Under the pieces are notes generated by a model, which was not told the DNA's origin, searched no databases, and saw only the letters and a list, made by a program, of their open reading frames with translations. 64,000 nt of DNA from NCBI RefSeq assembly GCF_009914755.1, contig NC_060947.1; one strand, 5' to 3'. Shown here in pieces: positions 1-13,990 of the stretch; the stretch's first letter is position 1; each line of letters starts with the position of its first letter. The position numbers were made by a program, and so were the translations under genes. This DNA is from the human T2T-CHM13v2.0 reference genome, Homo sapiens.

Positions 1-397
1 ACTGTGATTGCAGAACAGCTTGTAAATAGTATAAGCCCTGATGAAATAAAACCAAAACAAGCCAAAAAAATAAAAAATGAAAGCTAGAGGGGAGGGAAAC
101 GGAACAAGTGGCAAGATAACTAAGTAGCTGATTTTATAAGGTCGTGAGCTCAGTCATGTTGTTTAAAATTGAGATATGGAAAAAAGTAATTCACTAAAAT
201 AAATAAATAAAATAAAATTGAGATATGGAGCCCTACAAGAAAGCATTACTTCAGTCTCCTAGTGCATCTTTATACTGTGTCTGCTTGCCTTAAAGGGATA
301 TTTTAGGAACCAATATCTCTTATGGCAAATACAGGAAAAAAAATTTAATAGGTTTTATTATTAAAATAACATGCTTCTGTATCATCTTTTTCTTTTT

Positions 398-513
398 TAA
401 ATTTTTTATTTTACTTTAAGTTCTGGGATACATGTGCAGAACGTGCAGGTTTGTTACATAGGTATACATGTGCCATGGTGGTTTGCTGCACCTATCAACC
501 CATCATCTAGGTG
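398..513 (-). mobile_element. Very short 3' end of L1PA (L1PA7-16 type)
   Basis: Reverse complement of the L1 terminus (ttactttaagttctgggatacatgtgcagaacgtgcagg...catcatctaggt) with T-rich tail; approximate TSD atc(t/c)ttttctttt at 384 and 514. Confidence 0.9.
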
Positions 514-1446
514 ATCCTTTTCTTTTAAATTTGTTTCTATCTCTGCACACCTACACATCCATTCATCCTTCTATCTGTATATAGATCACTATCTATAATT
601 ATGTCCACAATGTATGCTATCATCACTCACCTCTAAACATTGTGATTTGATATTTTTAAAAATATATTCTTTGTACTGTTTTATATTGCTTGCTTGTGTC
701 ATTTTTAAAAATTCCTGCCTATTAAAACGAATTAGAGGGTCACTGATGGTCGAGAGGAAAAGGAGAAAGACAGTTGGCAAACTATTTATTTTTGACTCTA
801 ACATGAGACTTTATAAGTTTCCCATGTCAGAACTCTTTACAAGGTCATCACTTTGGTCAATTTCAAATTGATTTGTTATTAAACATGTGCTGCCTATACT
901 GTTCCAACATGTAATTCTTTCTCCTTCTGCTTGTAGTAAAACAAACCCTTGCCAAGAGAACACTGACAGAAGACATAAATTATCCTGTGAGTTAAAGGGG
1001 CAACCAAGGTTTCTATTGTTTGCAGCAGTGGTTAAGGAGCTGTTCAGAGGTAGAAAACAAAAGGATCCTGGTGACATGATAATAGCTCTGTGATACTCTG
1101 TTGCAGGCTGCTGGATGGTAACTGTCCTGGCCTTCTACCATTCAACATACATGATCATACCACGTGTCATCATCCATAGTCCAAAGTAGAGGCTGAGAGA
1201 GATAATGCCTATTTTTGAAGTATATATAAAACAGCACAATTCTGAGGCTGTAGGTCAAGTGACTCAGGATCATTTTTTACAGACTTATAAATCTGTAGAT
1301 TACTAGCCCACTGTAGATATAACTAATAAAGGCATGTGCCTATGGAAATGTTCACTAGACTGGGAACTAAGTCCCTCCCTTTGCAAACCGGTTGGATCTT
1401 GCCCTTAGAGATAAGACCAAAGATCTGCAGAAGGGAAGTTTCCCAG

Positions 1447-4030
1447 CAGACAAATTGCAAAAATAGTAGAGAGTTCACATATACCCATCACTGTTTCCCT
1501 TAATATTAATGTTAATCTTACATAACCATAGCACAATAATCAAAACCAGGAAATTAGGATTGGTAAAATACTATTAACTACATATCTTATTCAAATTTCC
1601 CCAGTCTCCCCACTAATGTCCTTTTCCTGTTCCGGAGTCTCACCTTGCATTCAGTTGTTACTTCTCTTTAGTCCTCTCTGATATGCAACAATTCCTCAGT
1701 CTCTATTTGTCTTTCATGACCTGAAGACCTTTAAAGACTACTGAGCAGTTATTTTGCAGAATGAGCTTCAATTTGGATTTTTCTGATGTTTCCTCATGAC
1801 CAGATTGAGGTTATGTAGTTTGAGCATGAATAATAAGAAGGCACGTTGTACCCTTCTCAGTGTATCATATCAGGAGGTACATCATGCCCATATGTCTGAT
1901 TACCATTGGTATTAATCCTGATTACATGATTAAGGTGGTATTTTGTTTCTCCACTATAAAGTCAACATTTTTTCCCTTTGTAACTGGTAAATATTTTTGA
2001 CACTATGCCAATGTCTTGCTTCTCCTCAAATGATCACCTACTGGCTTTGTTATCCATTGGTGGATCTTACCTGTAAATAATTATTACCGTGGTATTTTCC
2101 TAATGGTGATTTTGTATTTTACTCCTTCCTTCTACGTGAATTGGAATCCTTCAGTAAGGAAAACTACCTTCTTATATTCTATTTATTTATTCATTTAATT
2201 GATATCAGTATGGACAAATAAATATTTATTTTATCCTATGGGTTAAAATCCATTAATATTGTTATTTATTTTGTTGCTCAACTTGCCCCAGATTTGGCCA
2301 CTGGGAGCTCTGGCAGCTTGGATCCTGTCTCCTTTTGACATGCTCCTATCTATTTGTGTAAGTATTTTCTTATTTTCTGGCACCACAAGATGTTCCAGGT
2401 TCATTTTATATTTTCCGTGCCCCAACTCTGGAATCAGTCACTTCTCTAAGAAGCCCTTTGAGTTCCTTTTATTGGAGAATTGTGTTTAGAGAACAAAGTC
2501 TGAATACTAATTATATTCACTGTTAGTGAGCTGTCATTAGTTCTAGTCTTTTCAAAGGATCAAGCTGGGAAATACAGGTATGTATGTTAACCTACATGGT
2601 AGACAAACATCAACGTCTATTTCCATGTCTATATATCTCTATACTAAACACTATGAGTTCATACTAGTACATCTGAGTCTAATCCAACACCTCAAAGTTC
2701 ATTTCAGCCTTCCTTCTTCTCTTACTTGTAAATTATTTCTCCACCAATAAGAAAACTAGCTTTTATCTACAATAGATTCATTTATTTGTTCAATCTTGAT
2801 CACATAAATTTGTCACAGAATTGCTAAACAATACCCCTGTGAATAATGGTGTTACAAATAAGTATAGTGTTAGTGTATTTTTTGTCATTAACCTTAAAAT
2901 ATCCAGTTAGAATACTGTTTTCCAATGTTACTATATTAGTTATTTATTGCTAAATAACAAAATTCCCCTAGAACTTAGCAATTGAACACAACAAAAAGTT
3001 TTTTCACAATTTCTGTGGGTCAGGAATCTGGGCATGGCTATGCTGCATGCCTTTAGCTCCTGGTCTCTCACAAGGCTCCAATCAAGGTGTCAGCCAAGGC
3101 AGCATTTATCTCAAGGCTCAATTGGGAGAAGACCATCCTAAGCTCATTCATATGGCTCTGGGCAGGCATCAGTTCGTCATGTCTTTTACCTGGAAACATC
3201 ACTGCCTTGTCCCATACACCTCTCCAAAAGGCAGCTCACAACATAGAAGCCAGATTCTGTGTAAGTGGGCATACCAGCAGGAAAGGATACCCAAGACAGA
3301 AGGCACAGTCTTTTCATAATCTAATTTCAGAAGTAACATGCCACCATTCCTGCCACATTCTTTTCACTAAAAGAAATAATCAAATCCATCTCAAATTTAA
3401 GGAGAAGGGATTGCACAAGGGCATGAAAGCCAGGAGGTAAGGATCATTAAGGACCATCTTACAGGGTACCTACCATAGTTATTTAGGTCCATTTTCTTCC
3501 CCAGTACCCTTCAGGGTGACTATGTTGTTCATTTGAAATACAATTAGGTTCATTTGTTACTGCTTATTTCCCAATTAGGTTCTCCTTCACCTCATCTTGC
3601 TTGATTTTAATTATTGATTCATTTTTGGCTGGTTGTGTGAAACATTACCATGGTTCTAAGAGTCAGCACTATATACAAAGATAAACTCTGAGAAGTGTCA
3701 CTGCCTCCTTATCCCTATTACCTCATTCCCATTCTTCCCTTTTTCCCATACATTTATCACTTAGACCTCGTAGGCAACCAGTCTCTTCAGTTTCTGCTTT
3801 CCTTCCTATATCTTTTGTACAAATGAGCAGATACATGGTTATTTTCTTATATCCCTTTCTTTCTTACATGAAGAGTAGCATATTACAGATAGTCTCTTAT
3901 ACTTTGTTTATTCACTCAACAGTATATCCTGGAAATTATTCCAAATGCATTCATTAGAGATCTCCCTTATTTTTGACAGGTTCATAACACCCTATTGTGT
4001 GTATATACCATGGTTAATTCAACCATTCAG
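1447..4030 (-). mobile_element. Old L1MC/L1MD-type 3' UTR, split by an MLT1 LTR
   Basis: Motifs aaattgcaaaaatagtagagagttcacatataccc and cttacataaccatagcacaataatcaaaaccaggaaatt are typical of antisense L1MC ends; boundaries approximate. Confidence 0.7.
2932..3477 (-). mobile_element. MLT1 (F/E-like) MaLR solo LTR
   Basis: Termini tatattagt...ctaccata; internal ttctgtgggtcaggaatctggg; 5-bp TSD gttac/gttat. Confidence 0.8.
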
Positions 4031-4169
4031 GAGAGAAATTTTTGACTACGCTTTTTTGACCAAGAAATACTCCTGCAAATATTTAAAGACAATTTTTCAA
4101 GTGACAACTGGGGAAAAAGAGTGCATCTTCTAAGCATCTCTGCAGATTAGAAAAGCAATGTATTAATTC

Positions 4170-4520
4170 TCATTACTTGGTAGGTATAATTAGAATCTTC
4201 ACACTCCACTGGTAGTCTTGTGAATTGAAACATCATTTTGAAAGCAGCACAGCAATATCTAAGGGTCTCCTCCTTTGACTCACTAATTCAACTCATGAGA
4301 ATTTATTCAAAGAAAATAATTTAACAGGGGAAAATCTTGACACAGAAAGATGTTCATAGAAAAAATGTATCATCCTCAAAACCAGAAAATAATCTAAATG
4401 TCCAAAAAATGGCCTAATAAATATTTATCAATACAATAAAATATCATGTGATGACTAAAAACTATTATGCAAACTATGCAGATAGGAAAGGTTTTGATAC
4501 AATATTAAGTGAACAAGCAG
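4170..4520 (+). mobile_element. Ancient L1ME 3' fragment
   Basis: cctttgactcactaattcaactcatgagaatttattc...aaagatgttcata...aatctaaatgtccaa resembles a degraded L1 ORF2 end and 3' UTR. Confidence 0.55.
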
Positions 4521-4574
4521 GACATAAGATGATATATTATGATTGCAAAGATGCCAAATAGAAAACAGTAGCTG

Positions 4575-4970
4575 TGTGTAGCCTCACCAAAGTGAGATGA
4601 TGCTAGTGAAAGTGGCTGCCTTGCCACATAGTACATTTCCAAGTTCTTCTTACATACTTGTGGAGCCATGTGATTGTGTTCTGGCCAATAGAACTGTGTT
4701 AAATTTATGTGAGCAACTTTCCTTCCTGGTCCATAAACATCTTCTTTGTGGTTTCTTTCTTTGTCTGCTAATTGGATGTCAACACCAGGAAACCCTGTTT
4801 TGAAGATGGCAGAATCTCTGTTAGTTTGAGTCTCTGAGTCCCAGAACCTCACACATACCATTGCTGATTTGGCTTTAATAAGCAAGACGTAACTATCCAC
4901 TGCAATAAGCCACTGAGATATCATGGTCTATCTGTTGTAGCAGCAAGCATTACTTTAACACCCTATACTA
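4575..4970 (+). mobile_element. MLT1J/I-like MaLR LTR
   Basis: ggagccatgtgattgtgttctggccaatag and aagccactgagat...tgttgtagcagc motifs. Confidence 0.65.
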
Positions 4971-6321
4971 TAGTGATAGAATTAGCAAATAATTTTACTT
5001 TCAGACTTTTCTTTAATGCCAATATTCTACCATTTGTTGATAATGAAAAATAATGTAACACTTCGATCTGTAGGAAATCATTAAAAATAAGCAAGTGAGT
5101 CATTAGTACTCCTTCATCAGGAAGATGGTTAATGGAAGCCTGATGTCTACTGTACAGCAAATTATTCTAAGCAGAGTTTCAGAATACTCCTGAATAAGGG
5201 CTAGAAATATTCCTTCGAATCTCAAAATGCTGTATTCACAGGACTACCATGGCTAGCAGGAATACAATAATCTAGGAAACCAAGAGCATCAGAGATTTGG
5301 GGCCGTAAAAATGACTAGCAATATATCAAAGCATCACCTTAATTTAATTGTTGACGCAAAGATATATTAGACTGAACAGCTGCTTTGTGCCTGTCAGAAA
5401 TTGGCTGACCTAACCCTCTAGACCCTGACAAAAGGAGGCAATGGGACTGTACATCATTGGCCTTAATATTTGCAGCTACATCTACAAACAGCATTGCTTC
5501 TTGTTAGAACTCCTGCTACCAGTTTGCCACCTGTGGCTTTGTGCTGACAGCGCTGGTGGCTTACTACATCATTCAGAAGTCAGAACTTGGACAAGCTAAA
5601 TGAACAGCTAAAGGGGCTCACGCCTTTTAAAAACCCAGATGAAAGCCCACGCTCTCCAGAAAGCCACCCTTACCTCTCTTCCACAACTACAGCAAGAAAA
5701 AACCTCTGACTCCTATAAGCTCTTAGAATTTATTCACTATGTGTTATGCTCATTGTAGCTATTTAAATATACATCTCATCTTCCCTCTTGCAATCTTCTT
5801 CAGAATAGGAACCATGTCTTTTTTATTTACGATCCACCCCCTCCACCGTCTCATTTTAGGGCCTAGAAAAGGATCAGACAAGTCCTCCCTAATCATTTAT
5901 TGAATTTGAAATATATTTGTGAACATTTAAATAGTGTTTCAACTAGAAAATGTTTTCACATTAGTAAGCCATTGATCTAAATAGGCTGGTGTGTTGATGA
6001 ACCCAATATATTATTTATTTGTTTTAATTTAGGAAAATTTTCCATGCAAATGTCTTTCCTGATTAAACTGATTATACTGGCCAATTCAGCCTTTCCGATA
6101 AATAGGACACTTCTTTTTTTATATTCAGTACCAAATAGTTGGTTTGAATGCTTTTCTTTCCCCTTGAGGAAATCAATTGTGCAAATAATTAATTGTTCAG
6201 GCTCATTCCCTGCCTTATACAATAAGAGTTTTCTTTTATTGAATCTATAATAGCTCTGACAACCCATTAAGTGTTGCTAAACTTTCAAGTTACATAGTCT
6301 TTGCAAAACTCTGATATATAG

Positions 6322-6445
6322 ATATCATATCCATTTGACAGATAGAAAACCCCCAGAGACATTAACTGATTTTCCCTATCCCATGCAGTACATAAATAAC
6401 AGTGCCACGATCTAAACTCAATTCTGTCTGATTCCAAAACCCACT
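6322..6445 (-). mobile_element. MIR fragment
   Basis: ccatttgacagatagaaaac...tctgtctgattccaaaaccca matches the antisense MIR core. Confidence 0.55.
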
Positions 6446-6846
6446 AGGCCAACACTTGTCCAGAAGGAGAAAAATAAAACCTGTGTCTGAGTAGATTCTC
6501 TGGGTGAAGCAGGTTCTCTCCTTTAAATGTAGCAACTGGAGCATCAGAGAACATAATCTGGCAGGCTTAAATTAGCACAGCGAATTACGTTTAATGGAGA
6601 AGTTGTTGAGCAGATGGGGAAGAAATCTGATCAGGTCCTAGGAGAAGCTGAAAATGGTGTGTGTTGGGAGAATTCTAGTTGTGGCAAACTGAACCACACA
6701 GGGTTATATGTTTCCTTCCCAAACACCATAAAGTGAGAGTAAAGGAATAAAAATAGAAAAAGTCTACAAGAATGAAACACTATTAAGGAAAGGAACATTC
6801 AGAAAGCAAAATACACTCTTCTAGATTGAGAATTTAGCAGCATATT

Positions 6847-9650
6847 GGCCAGGCCTGGTGGCTCATGCCTATAATCACTGCACTTTAGAAACCTGAAACA
6901 GGAGGATCACTTGAGCCCAGGAGTTCAAGACCAGCCTGGGCAACATAGTGAGACCTCGTCTCTACTTTAAAAAATCAAAAAATTAGCCAGGTATTACGGT
7001 TTGGCTCTGTGTCCCTATCCAAATATCTTAAATTGTACTCTCATAATTCCCACATGTTGTGGGAGGGACCCAGTGGGAAATAATTGAATCATGGGGGCAG
7101 TTTCCCTCCTACTGTTCTCGTGGTAGTGAATAAGACTCACGAGATCTGATGGTTTTAAAACAGGTTTCCACTTTTGCTTCTGTCTCATTCTCTCTTGTCA
7201 TGGACATGTAAGAAGTGCCTTTTGCCTTCAACCACAATTGTGAGTGATATGGCTTGGGTATGTGTTCCCACCCAAATGTCATCTTGAATTGTACCCCCAT
7301 AATTCCCACATGTTGTGGGAGGGACCCGGTGGGAGATAATTTGCATCATGGGGGTGGTTCCCCCATACTGTTCTCATGGTAGTGAATAAGTCTCACAAGA
7401 TCTGATGATTTTATCAAGGGTTTCTGCTCTTGCATCTTCCTTAGTTTCTCTTGCCACCATCATGTAAGAAGTGGCTTTCACCTCCTGCCATGATCCTGAG
7501 ACCTCCCCAGCCATGTGGAAGTATAAGTCCAATTAAACCTCTTTTTCTTCCCAGTCTTGGGTATGTCTTTATCAGCAGCATGAAAATGAACTAATACAGT
7601 AAATTAGTACCAGTAGAGTGGCGTGTTGCTGAAAAAATACCTGAAAATGTGGAACTGACTTTGGAACTGGGTAGCAGAGAACAGTTTGGAGGGATCAGAA
7701 GAAGACAGGAAAATGTAGGAAAGTTTGGAATCTTCTAGAGACTTGTTGCATGGCTTTGACCAAAATGTTGGTAATGATATGGACAATAAAATCCAGGCTG
7801 AGGTGGTCTCAGATGGAGATGAGGAACTTGTTGGGAACTGGAGCAAAGGTGACTCTTGTTATGTTTTAGCAAAGAGACTGGCGGCATTTTGCCCCTGCTC
7901 CAGAGATTTGTGGAACTTTGAACTTGAGAGAGATGATACAGGGTATCTGGCAGAAGAAATTTCTAAGCAGCAAAGCATTCAGGAGGTGACTTGGGCTCTG
8001 TTAAAGGCATTCAGTTTTAAAAGGGAAACAGAGCATAAAAGATTGGAAATTTTTCAGACTGACAATGCAGTAAAAGAAATGCCCATTTTCCGAGGAGAAA
8101 GTCAAGCTGGCTGCAGAAATTTGCATAAGTAACAAGGAGCCCAATGTTAATCACCAAGACAATAGGGAAAATGTCTCCAGGGCATGTCAGAGACCTTTGT
8201 GGCAGCCCCCTCCCATCACAGGCCCAGAGGCCTAGGAGGAAAAAATGATTTCATAGGCCAGGCCCAGTGTCCCTCTGCCATGTGCAGTTTAGGGACTTGG
8301 CATCCTGTTTCCCAGCTGCTCCAGCTGTGACTAAAAGGAGTCAAGGTACAGCTCAGGCCATGCCATCAGATGGTGCAAGCCCCAAGCCTTGGCAGCTTCC
8401 ATGTGGTGTTGAGTCTGTGGGTGCAAGGAAGTCAAGAATTGAGGCTTGGGAACCTCCATCTAGATTTCAGAGGATGTATGGAAACGCCTGAATACCCAAG
8501 CAAAAGTTTGCTGCAGGGGTAGGGCCCTCATGGAGAACCTCTGCTAGGGCAGTGCAGAAGGGAAATGTGGGGTTGGAGCCCCCACACAGAGTCCCAACTG
8601 GGGCACTGCCTAGTGGAGCTGTGAGAAGAGGGCCACTGCTGTCCTCCAGACCCCAGAATGGTAGATCCACCAACAGCTTGGATTGTATGCCTGGAAAAGT
8701 GGCAGACACTCAATGCCAGCCCATGAAAGTGACCAGAAAGGAGGGTATACCCTGCAAAGCCACAGAGGCAGAGCTGCCCAAGGCCATAGGAGCCCATCTT
8801 TTGCATCAGCATGACCTGGATGTGAGATGTGGCATCAAAGGAGATCATTTTGGAACTTTAAGATTTGACTGCCCTGCTGGATTTTGAACTTGCATGGGGC
8901 CTGTATCCCTTTTGTTTTGGCCAATTTCTCCCATTTGGAATGGCTGTATTTACCCAATTACTGTACCCCCATTGTATCTAGGAAGTAACTAGCTTGCTTT
9001 TGATTTTACAGGCTCATAGGTGGAGGGGACTTGCCTTGTCTCAGATGAGACTTTGGACTGTGGACTTTTGAGTTAATGCTGAAATGAGTTAAGACTTTGG
9101 GGGACTGTTGGGAAGACATGATTTGTTTTGAAATATAAAGACATGAGATTTGGCAGGGGCCAGGGGCAGAATGATACGGTTTGACTCTGTGTCCCCACCC
9201 AAATCTCATCTTGAATTGTACTCTCATAATTCCCATGTGTTGTGGGAGGGACCTGGTGGGAGATAATTGAATCACAGGGGCAGTTTCCCCATACTGTTCT
9301 CATGGTAGTGAATAACTCTCACAAGATCTGATAGTTTTATCAAGGGTTTCCCCTTTTGCTTCTTTCTCATTCTCACTTGCCACAGCCATGTGAGAAGTGC
9401 TTTTCACCTTCCACCATGAGTGTGAGGCCTCCCCAGTCAGGTGGAACCATAAGTCCATTAAACCTATTTTTCGTCCCAGTCTCAAGTATGTCTTTATCAG
9501 CAGTGTGAAAACACACTAATACACCGGGTGCTGTGGCACATGCCTGTAGTCCCAGCTACTCAGGAGTTTGAGGCTGCAGGGAAGTATGATAGCACCATTG
9601 CACTCCAGCCTGACTGACAGAGTGAGACCCTATCTCAAAAAATAAAAAAA
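6847..9650 (+). mobile_element. AluJ split by the THE1 insertion (6847-6991 and 9524-9650)
   Basis: AluJ diagnostics ggaggatcacttgagcccaggagttc and tttgaggctgcag; A-tail; TSD agaatttagcagcatat / agaacttaatagcatat; internal deletion in the right arm at a caggag microhomology. Confidence 0.9.
6992..9523 (+). mobile_element. THE1A/B MaLR element: partial LTR 6992-7244, LTR 7245-7598, internal 7599-9171, LTR 9172-9523
   Basis: LTR termini tgatatgg...ctaataca; THE1-int (gtaaattagtaccagtagagtgg...ggggccaggggcagaa); decayed ORF 7725-8132; TSD ccagg/ccggg. Confidence 0.95.
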
Positions 9651-10057
9651 AGAACTTAATAGCATATGGAAGCTAAATTTGAGACAATCTGATCTCCTTA
9701 GTTGCAGATTGGCAGGCTAGGTAAACTGAGGAGGAGATGTAAAATCGTCCCCCTTTAAAAATAAAAGAATTCAGGTAGCTGTCCAAACAAATAACTACAG
9801 TCATAGACCTTTCCAGGCTGCAAGCACAATAGACTCTAGAGACCAATACTACACTAACTCTATATCTACAGTGTCGAATACTGCTTTGTTAACTCCCCAC
9901 ACACTCAACTCCCCAACTTCAGATGTTCCAAAAAATGATATCTCTTCTCCCAGCTCAATATCTGGTTTCACCTTGACCAGCTCAGTCTAACCACTGCCTA
10001 AATGCCTTGATTTTGGTGAAGAACTTCTTAAGGCATGGACCAGCAGTCTTTGGTATC

Positions 10058-10413
10058 TGATATGGTTTGGCTATGTCCCCACCCAAATCTCAACTTGAAT
10101 TGTATCTTCCAGAATTTCCATGTATTGTGGGAGGGACCTATGGGGGGGGTAATTGAATCATGGGGGCTGGTCTTTCCTGTGCTATTCTCATGGTAGTGAA
10201 TAAGTCTCATGAGATCTGATGGGTTTATCAGGGATTTCTGCTTTTTCTTCCTCCTCATTTTCCTCTTGCCACCACCATGTAAGAAGTGCTTTTCACCTCC
10301 CTCCATGATTCTGAGGCCTCCCCAGCCATGTGGAACTGTAAGACCAATTAGACCTCTTTTTGTTTCCAGTTTCAGGTATGTCTTTATCAGCAGTGTGAAA
10401 ACAAACTAATACA
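10058..10413 (+). mobile_element. THE1A solo LTR
   Basis: tgatatggtttggctatgtccccacccaaatctcaacttgaattgtatct...ctaataca; TSD gtatc/gcatc. Confidence 0.95.
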
Positions 10414-11989
10414 GCATCACTAACTTTCTAGGCAAGGCAAAATACAAATCCATCACCTACAAAAAACACATCCTTCCAAAATGGACATTTAAAATCCCTG
10501 CATAATGCTAGCCTTGCAGGACAGAACTGGTGCCAGTTTCAATGGCTTATCGTATATAAAGTTGTTCTATTTGGGGTGCATGGTTTGGCCTGCAATATAA
10601 CTGAACATATGTTATAGTAGAGTTGGGTGTCATAGAGTTCTACTACATTTATTCCTGCAGAGGCAAGGAAATCTGGTCCTTTACTGTCCCTCTAGGGTTG
10701 AGACTAGAAGATAAATTTATAGTCCAGATATTTTAATTTTAAGGGCTTGGGTTAGGCAAAAATTATTTTTGGAGAATATTCCACATTATGTCACACATAG
10801 ATCAATTCAAGGAAGATTTATGTCTCTCCTTTTTGTTACAATTATAACTAAGCAACTAAGCTTTCAAATTGAAATGCATAGGAACTTGGATGATATTCCA
10901 AGAACTGAGTGCTTCAGAATGTTAGATCATTTCACTGATCTTGCTTTGCAATGTCGTAATGGTAGCAGACCATGTGCATGCACATACACAGAGGCTTTGT
11001 GTAGAGTTTATTTGTGTAGAATTCCTTCAGTCTGTGGTTTTATTCCTAAAATTCCACCCAGGGAATTAGTAAAGAAGGTTGTGGAAAGTGTTATGTGTTT
11101 GTTTTTAGCTTTTTGTTTCTTTGTTTTGGTGAGATACATTTTGCATCTCTTAGAAATGAAAATGAAAACGAGAAATTCCCCCTGTTAGTGTTCATGATGT
11201 CCTCCTCCACAAAGATGCTTTCCAAGGATCACAGCAGGTGCACTCATCAACACTGTCCTGAACACACAGCTGTCCCAGGAATGGATTTGCAAAGTGTAAA
11301 GAGGAATAAGAAGCATTTTATCATCAACTTAACATTTACTGCAAATATTCTCTCACTTTTCAAGGCTTCAATGTTAGTACTCAGTTGGCTATCATGATAT
11401 TTTTTTCTTCAGCAGTATAGGAGATATATGACCTCTCTTGGTCTTTATTTGACTAGAACCAGGTATAAAATTCAAAGTATTTAACAATCAATACCCATAC
11501 GTACTGAACAATCAGAGAAGATGCAGGCCTGAGGGCTGGAGGTAGTTGCTGAAGATCCCTTCTTTACCATAATTTAACCCCCCTTAATTGCTAGCTGGGC
11601 AGAGGGCGGTAGAAAAGGTCTGTCCTGTCCATGCAAAGCAGCTGAATATAGCCCTGACTGGAACTGAAAATTAGGCTAAAGCAATAAAACTGACCCACCA
11701 ACGTCAGTATAGCTAGATAGTACAGTGGTACCATTGCCACTGGTAAAGGGGAAGCTCATGATCATAGCAGTGGTAATGGTAATAATTATAGTACCAGCAG
11801 GAGAAGCAGCAGCAGCAATCAAGCTATTGTCAATTGAGGATTTGGCAGTGAGCTAGCAATGAAAGAGATATCATTCTCTGGAACATCTGAGGTTGGAGAG
11901 TTGAGTGTCTGGGGAGTTGACAGAGAAGTATTAGAAACTTTGGACATTTATTATTTCTAATTGTCAAAGAAACTTGCCAGGCAGGAAAT

Positions 11990-12130
11990 ACCTACAACCT
12001 GTAGATACAGACACAAAGTTTCAGAAACTTTAAGTAACTGGCTCCAAGTCACATAGCTAGTACACCACAGAGCCAAGACTGGAACCAAGGACACTCCAAA
12101 GCCTGTGCTATTTCTCTTATGCAATACCAG
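11990..12130 (-). mobile_element. MIR fragment
   Basis: ttaagtaactggctccaagtcacatagctagt...ctccaaagcctgtgct. Confidence 0.65.
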
Positions 12131-12474
12131 CCTTCTCCCATGCAAAAGTAAACCAAGGACTACTGCCATCTACCTGGAGGCTACAATTTCATGACTTAAT
12201 TCTTACACGTTCTTATAAACTTATAATTCTACAATAAACTTTTAGAAATGTTTACTACAAGGACTAATAAATTTCAGCAGTAAAATTTAAGAATGACCAA
12301 AAAAGTGATATAACCAGTGTTTTCAATGTTAGGTCACTCTACATGTTTCTTATTTAAAGATAGAGGTTTCAACCATTTAAGACAGCCAAACTTCCCCCTT
12401 TCTTCCAACCTTTAGTAATTTTCATGAGAATGTTTAGATGCTGAACTTGATTGACAGTGTAGTGACTGATATTC

Positions 12475-12805
12475 TTCTCATAAGTAATTCATGCTCATAT
12501 TTAAACTTTGGAAAACACAGAGAAATATAAAGAATATAAAAGTCACCCACAATCCCATTGCCCGGAGATAACAACAGTTAAAATTTTGATCTCTTTTTTT
12601 CCAATCATTTTACTATGCCTATATCAGCACATATACACATATAGACACATGCAAATTGAGATCATATAAATATTGTCAAATGAAATGTCATATTATGAGC
12701 ATTTTCTAATGGCCATTAAAATTCTGAGAAACACAATTTAAAGCTTTCTTAATATTCTAACATATAGATGTAGCATAATTTATTTAACCATTCCCCTATC
12801 TTTGG
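12475..12805 (-). mobile_element. Ancient L1ME (ME3/ME4) 3' end
   Basis: aagtaattcatgctcat...tttggaaaacacagagaaatataaaga...tcacccacaatcccattgccc...tttatttaaccattcccctat. Confidence 0.6.
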
Positions 12806-13289
12806 AGAACAGCAGGCCTTGGTCAGTAAATAAATGGTTGTATAAATAACAGGATCTGAATTAAATGCAGAAGATTAAGAACCCCAGGTTATTCCTTGGT
12901 CTCTGCAAGTTAATGGAATCCAGAGAGGCAGGACAATCAAATGCAATATTTTTAGCCTTTTGAAGGATCCATCCATATACATATATATTTAGCCTTTGTT
13001 GCCGACGTGTTATGCTGAAAGCTTCCCCAGAGCAAGGTGTTTAATGCAGAGGCTTATTGCCAGAATGGTAAGAGTCACTCTCACATCTGTATGGGTCCAA
13101 AACCAGCACTAGAGAACACAAGGGGGGGAACTCCATTGGTCCCATCAAAATCCAGCTCTATGAAAAGTACATCATGGTTTTTAAATAATTCCCTTCAAAT
13201 CCATGATATGTAACAAACCTGGAAATTTGAGCTAAAATTGTCAATGATTTCATTTGTTTTTTCTATGCTCTAAGTAATGGGCCATTTTT

Positions 13290-13990
<701 letters not shown>

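Noticed and set aside
7725-8887. ORFs in the THE1 internal region
   Set aside because: Fragmented MaLR internal ORF remnants
11440-11720. Possible ancient hAT-like DNA transposon remnant
   Set aside because: Too degraded to assign termini or family by eye
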